Source: Thermodesulfobacteriota bacterium (GTDB lineage Bacteria; Desulfobacterota; Desulfarculia; JACQYL01). From it: DNA of 64,000 nucleotides. Positions 63,163-64,000 of the stretch are shown here, piece by piece. A model generated the notes under the pieces. That model searched no databases. It saw only the letters and a list, made by a program, of their open reading frames with translations, and was not told the DNA's origin. The number at the start of each line of letters is the position of its first letter. Position 1 is the first letter of the stretch. The position numbers were made by a program, and so were the translations under genes. The stretch covers positions 1,504,001 through 1,568,000 of the forward strand of contig CAXXLZ010000001.1 of the NCBI GenBank assembly GCA_963675595.2, read 5' to 3'.

Positions 63163-64000
63163 ATGTTTGAAGAGTTCCGCCATGCCATTGACCATCGTCA
63201 TGAGATCGCCAAAGAATGGAAAGAAAGGACCGGCAAACCGGTCATGGGTTACTTGTGCTGCGTTTTTCCCGAGGAGGTGCTTTTCGCTTGCGGAGTCCTG
63301 CCCGTAAGAATCGTTGGAGATGAAGGGACCACCCCTCACGTGGACGGACATATCACACCGTACGGGTGCACCTTCTGCAGAAAATGCGTCGATCTGGCGG
63401 CGCAGGGTGTATACGACTATCTGGATGCGGTGTTTGTCTCCAACACCTGTGATTTGGTGAGCAACCTGGATTACTGGTGGAATGAGCTCGCGCCCCGCGA
63501 GGAGCTTAAAATCGCAGGCGTGCCCGTGCGGAGCTATGTGAACTTCTTTAATTATCCACAAAGAATCACCGGACCCAATGCCCTGTCCTACACGATGAAC
63601 GAAATCCGTAAGATACAACAGGTGGCGGAACGCTACACGCGTTCGTTCATCTCGGACGAAGATCTGAAAAGGGCTTTGGAAGTGTATGACGAGCACAACC
63701 GGCTCATGAGAGAACTCCACGAAATCCGGAAGCAGTCACCGCCGCCCCTCAGCGGGTACGAAGCCTGGATGGTCGAATTCGCCGCGCACTTTTTACCGAA
63801 GGACGAACATAACCGGCTTCTGCGCAACCTGCTGGAGGCTCTCAAAGACCGAACAGACGGGCCGGAACCGGGAATTCGGCTTTACCTCTCCGCCTCCGCC
63901 ACGGACCAGGTGACGTCCAAACTGATCGACCGCATCGAAAGCTATGGAGGCGTCGTCGTTTCCGAGGATATCAGTGTGCACTCCAGCTACTATTGGAGCG
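63163..64000 (+). CDS. Second 2-hydroxyacyl-CoA dehydratase/BCR-family subunit (BzdN/BcrC-like); runs off the window end
   Basis: Not in the ORF track. Read manually: MFEEFRHAIDHRHEIAKEWKERTGKPVMGYLCCVFPEEVLFACGVLPVRI...GCTFCR...SNTCD. RBS GAGGG. Confidence 0.85.
   Translation, partial: MFEEFRHAIDHRHEIAKEWKERTGKPVMGYLCCVFPEEVLFACGVLPVRIVGDEGTTPHVDGHITPYGCTFCRKCVDLAAQGVYDYLDAVFVSNTCDLVSNLDYWWNELAPREELKIAGVPVRSYVNFFNYPQRITGPNALSYTMNEIRKIQQVAERYTRSFISDEDLKRALEVYDEHNRLMRELHEIRKQSPPPLSGYEAWMVEFAAHFLPKDEHNRLLRNLLEALKDRTDGPEPGIRLYLSASATDQVTSKLIDRIESYGGVVVSEDISVHSSYYWS

Overview
This is a GC-rich bacterial chromosomal window whose gene content fits an anaerobic Desulfobacterota (deltaproteobacterium): group II nif genes with nifI1/I2, sigma54 motifs, delta-type MCP and a radical acyl-CoA dehydratase. 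Bases 1-12.4 kb are an accessory region on the minus strand. It holds an IS3 that splits a multi-TM gene, a permuted papain-like amidase, two DUF6765-like putative Zn phospholipase C/P1-nuclease-fold paralogs, an amidohydrolase, a truncated sensor gene next to an IS1182-like element, and a lysozyme-family protein. An RND efflux operon follows at 12.5-18.4 kb. At 19.2-32.4 kb is a Mo-nitrogenase cluster (nifA, nifH, nifI1, nifI2, nifD, nifK, 2Fe-2S ferredoxin, nifE, nifN, nifB), with a second copy of the IS1182-like element inserted between the candidate NifA enhancer and the nifH promoter. From 32.7 to 51.2 kb are minus-strand modules, most separated by hairpin repeats: CpxRA-like system, a large secreted lyase-like DNRLRE protein, an atypical fold-III decarboxylase, a three-gene CHAT(caspase-like)-STAND-TPR / zinc-ribbon / membrane-protein operon, SWIM + SNF2, and YkgJ. 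From 52 to 64 kb are a Cache protein, an MCP, TetR and an acyl-CoA catabolic cluster (ThDP HACL-like enzyme, small Cys protein, 3-hydroxyacyl-CoA dehydrogenase, thiolase, two 2-hydroxyacyl-CoA dehydratase/BCR-type subunits). The best candidates for undescribed systems are the NLR-caspase three-gene operon and the ThDP lyase + radical dehydratase pathway. No rRNA, tRNA or CRISPR array was recognised. All family assignments come from motif recognition by eye, not from database searches.
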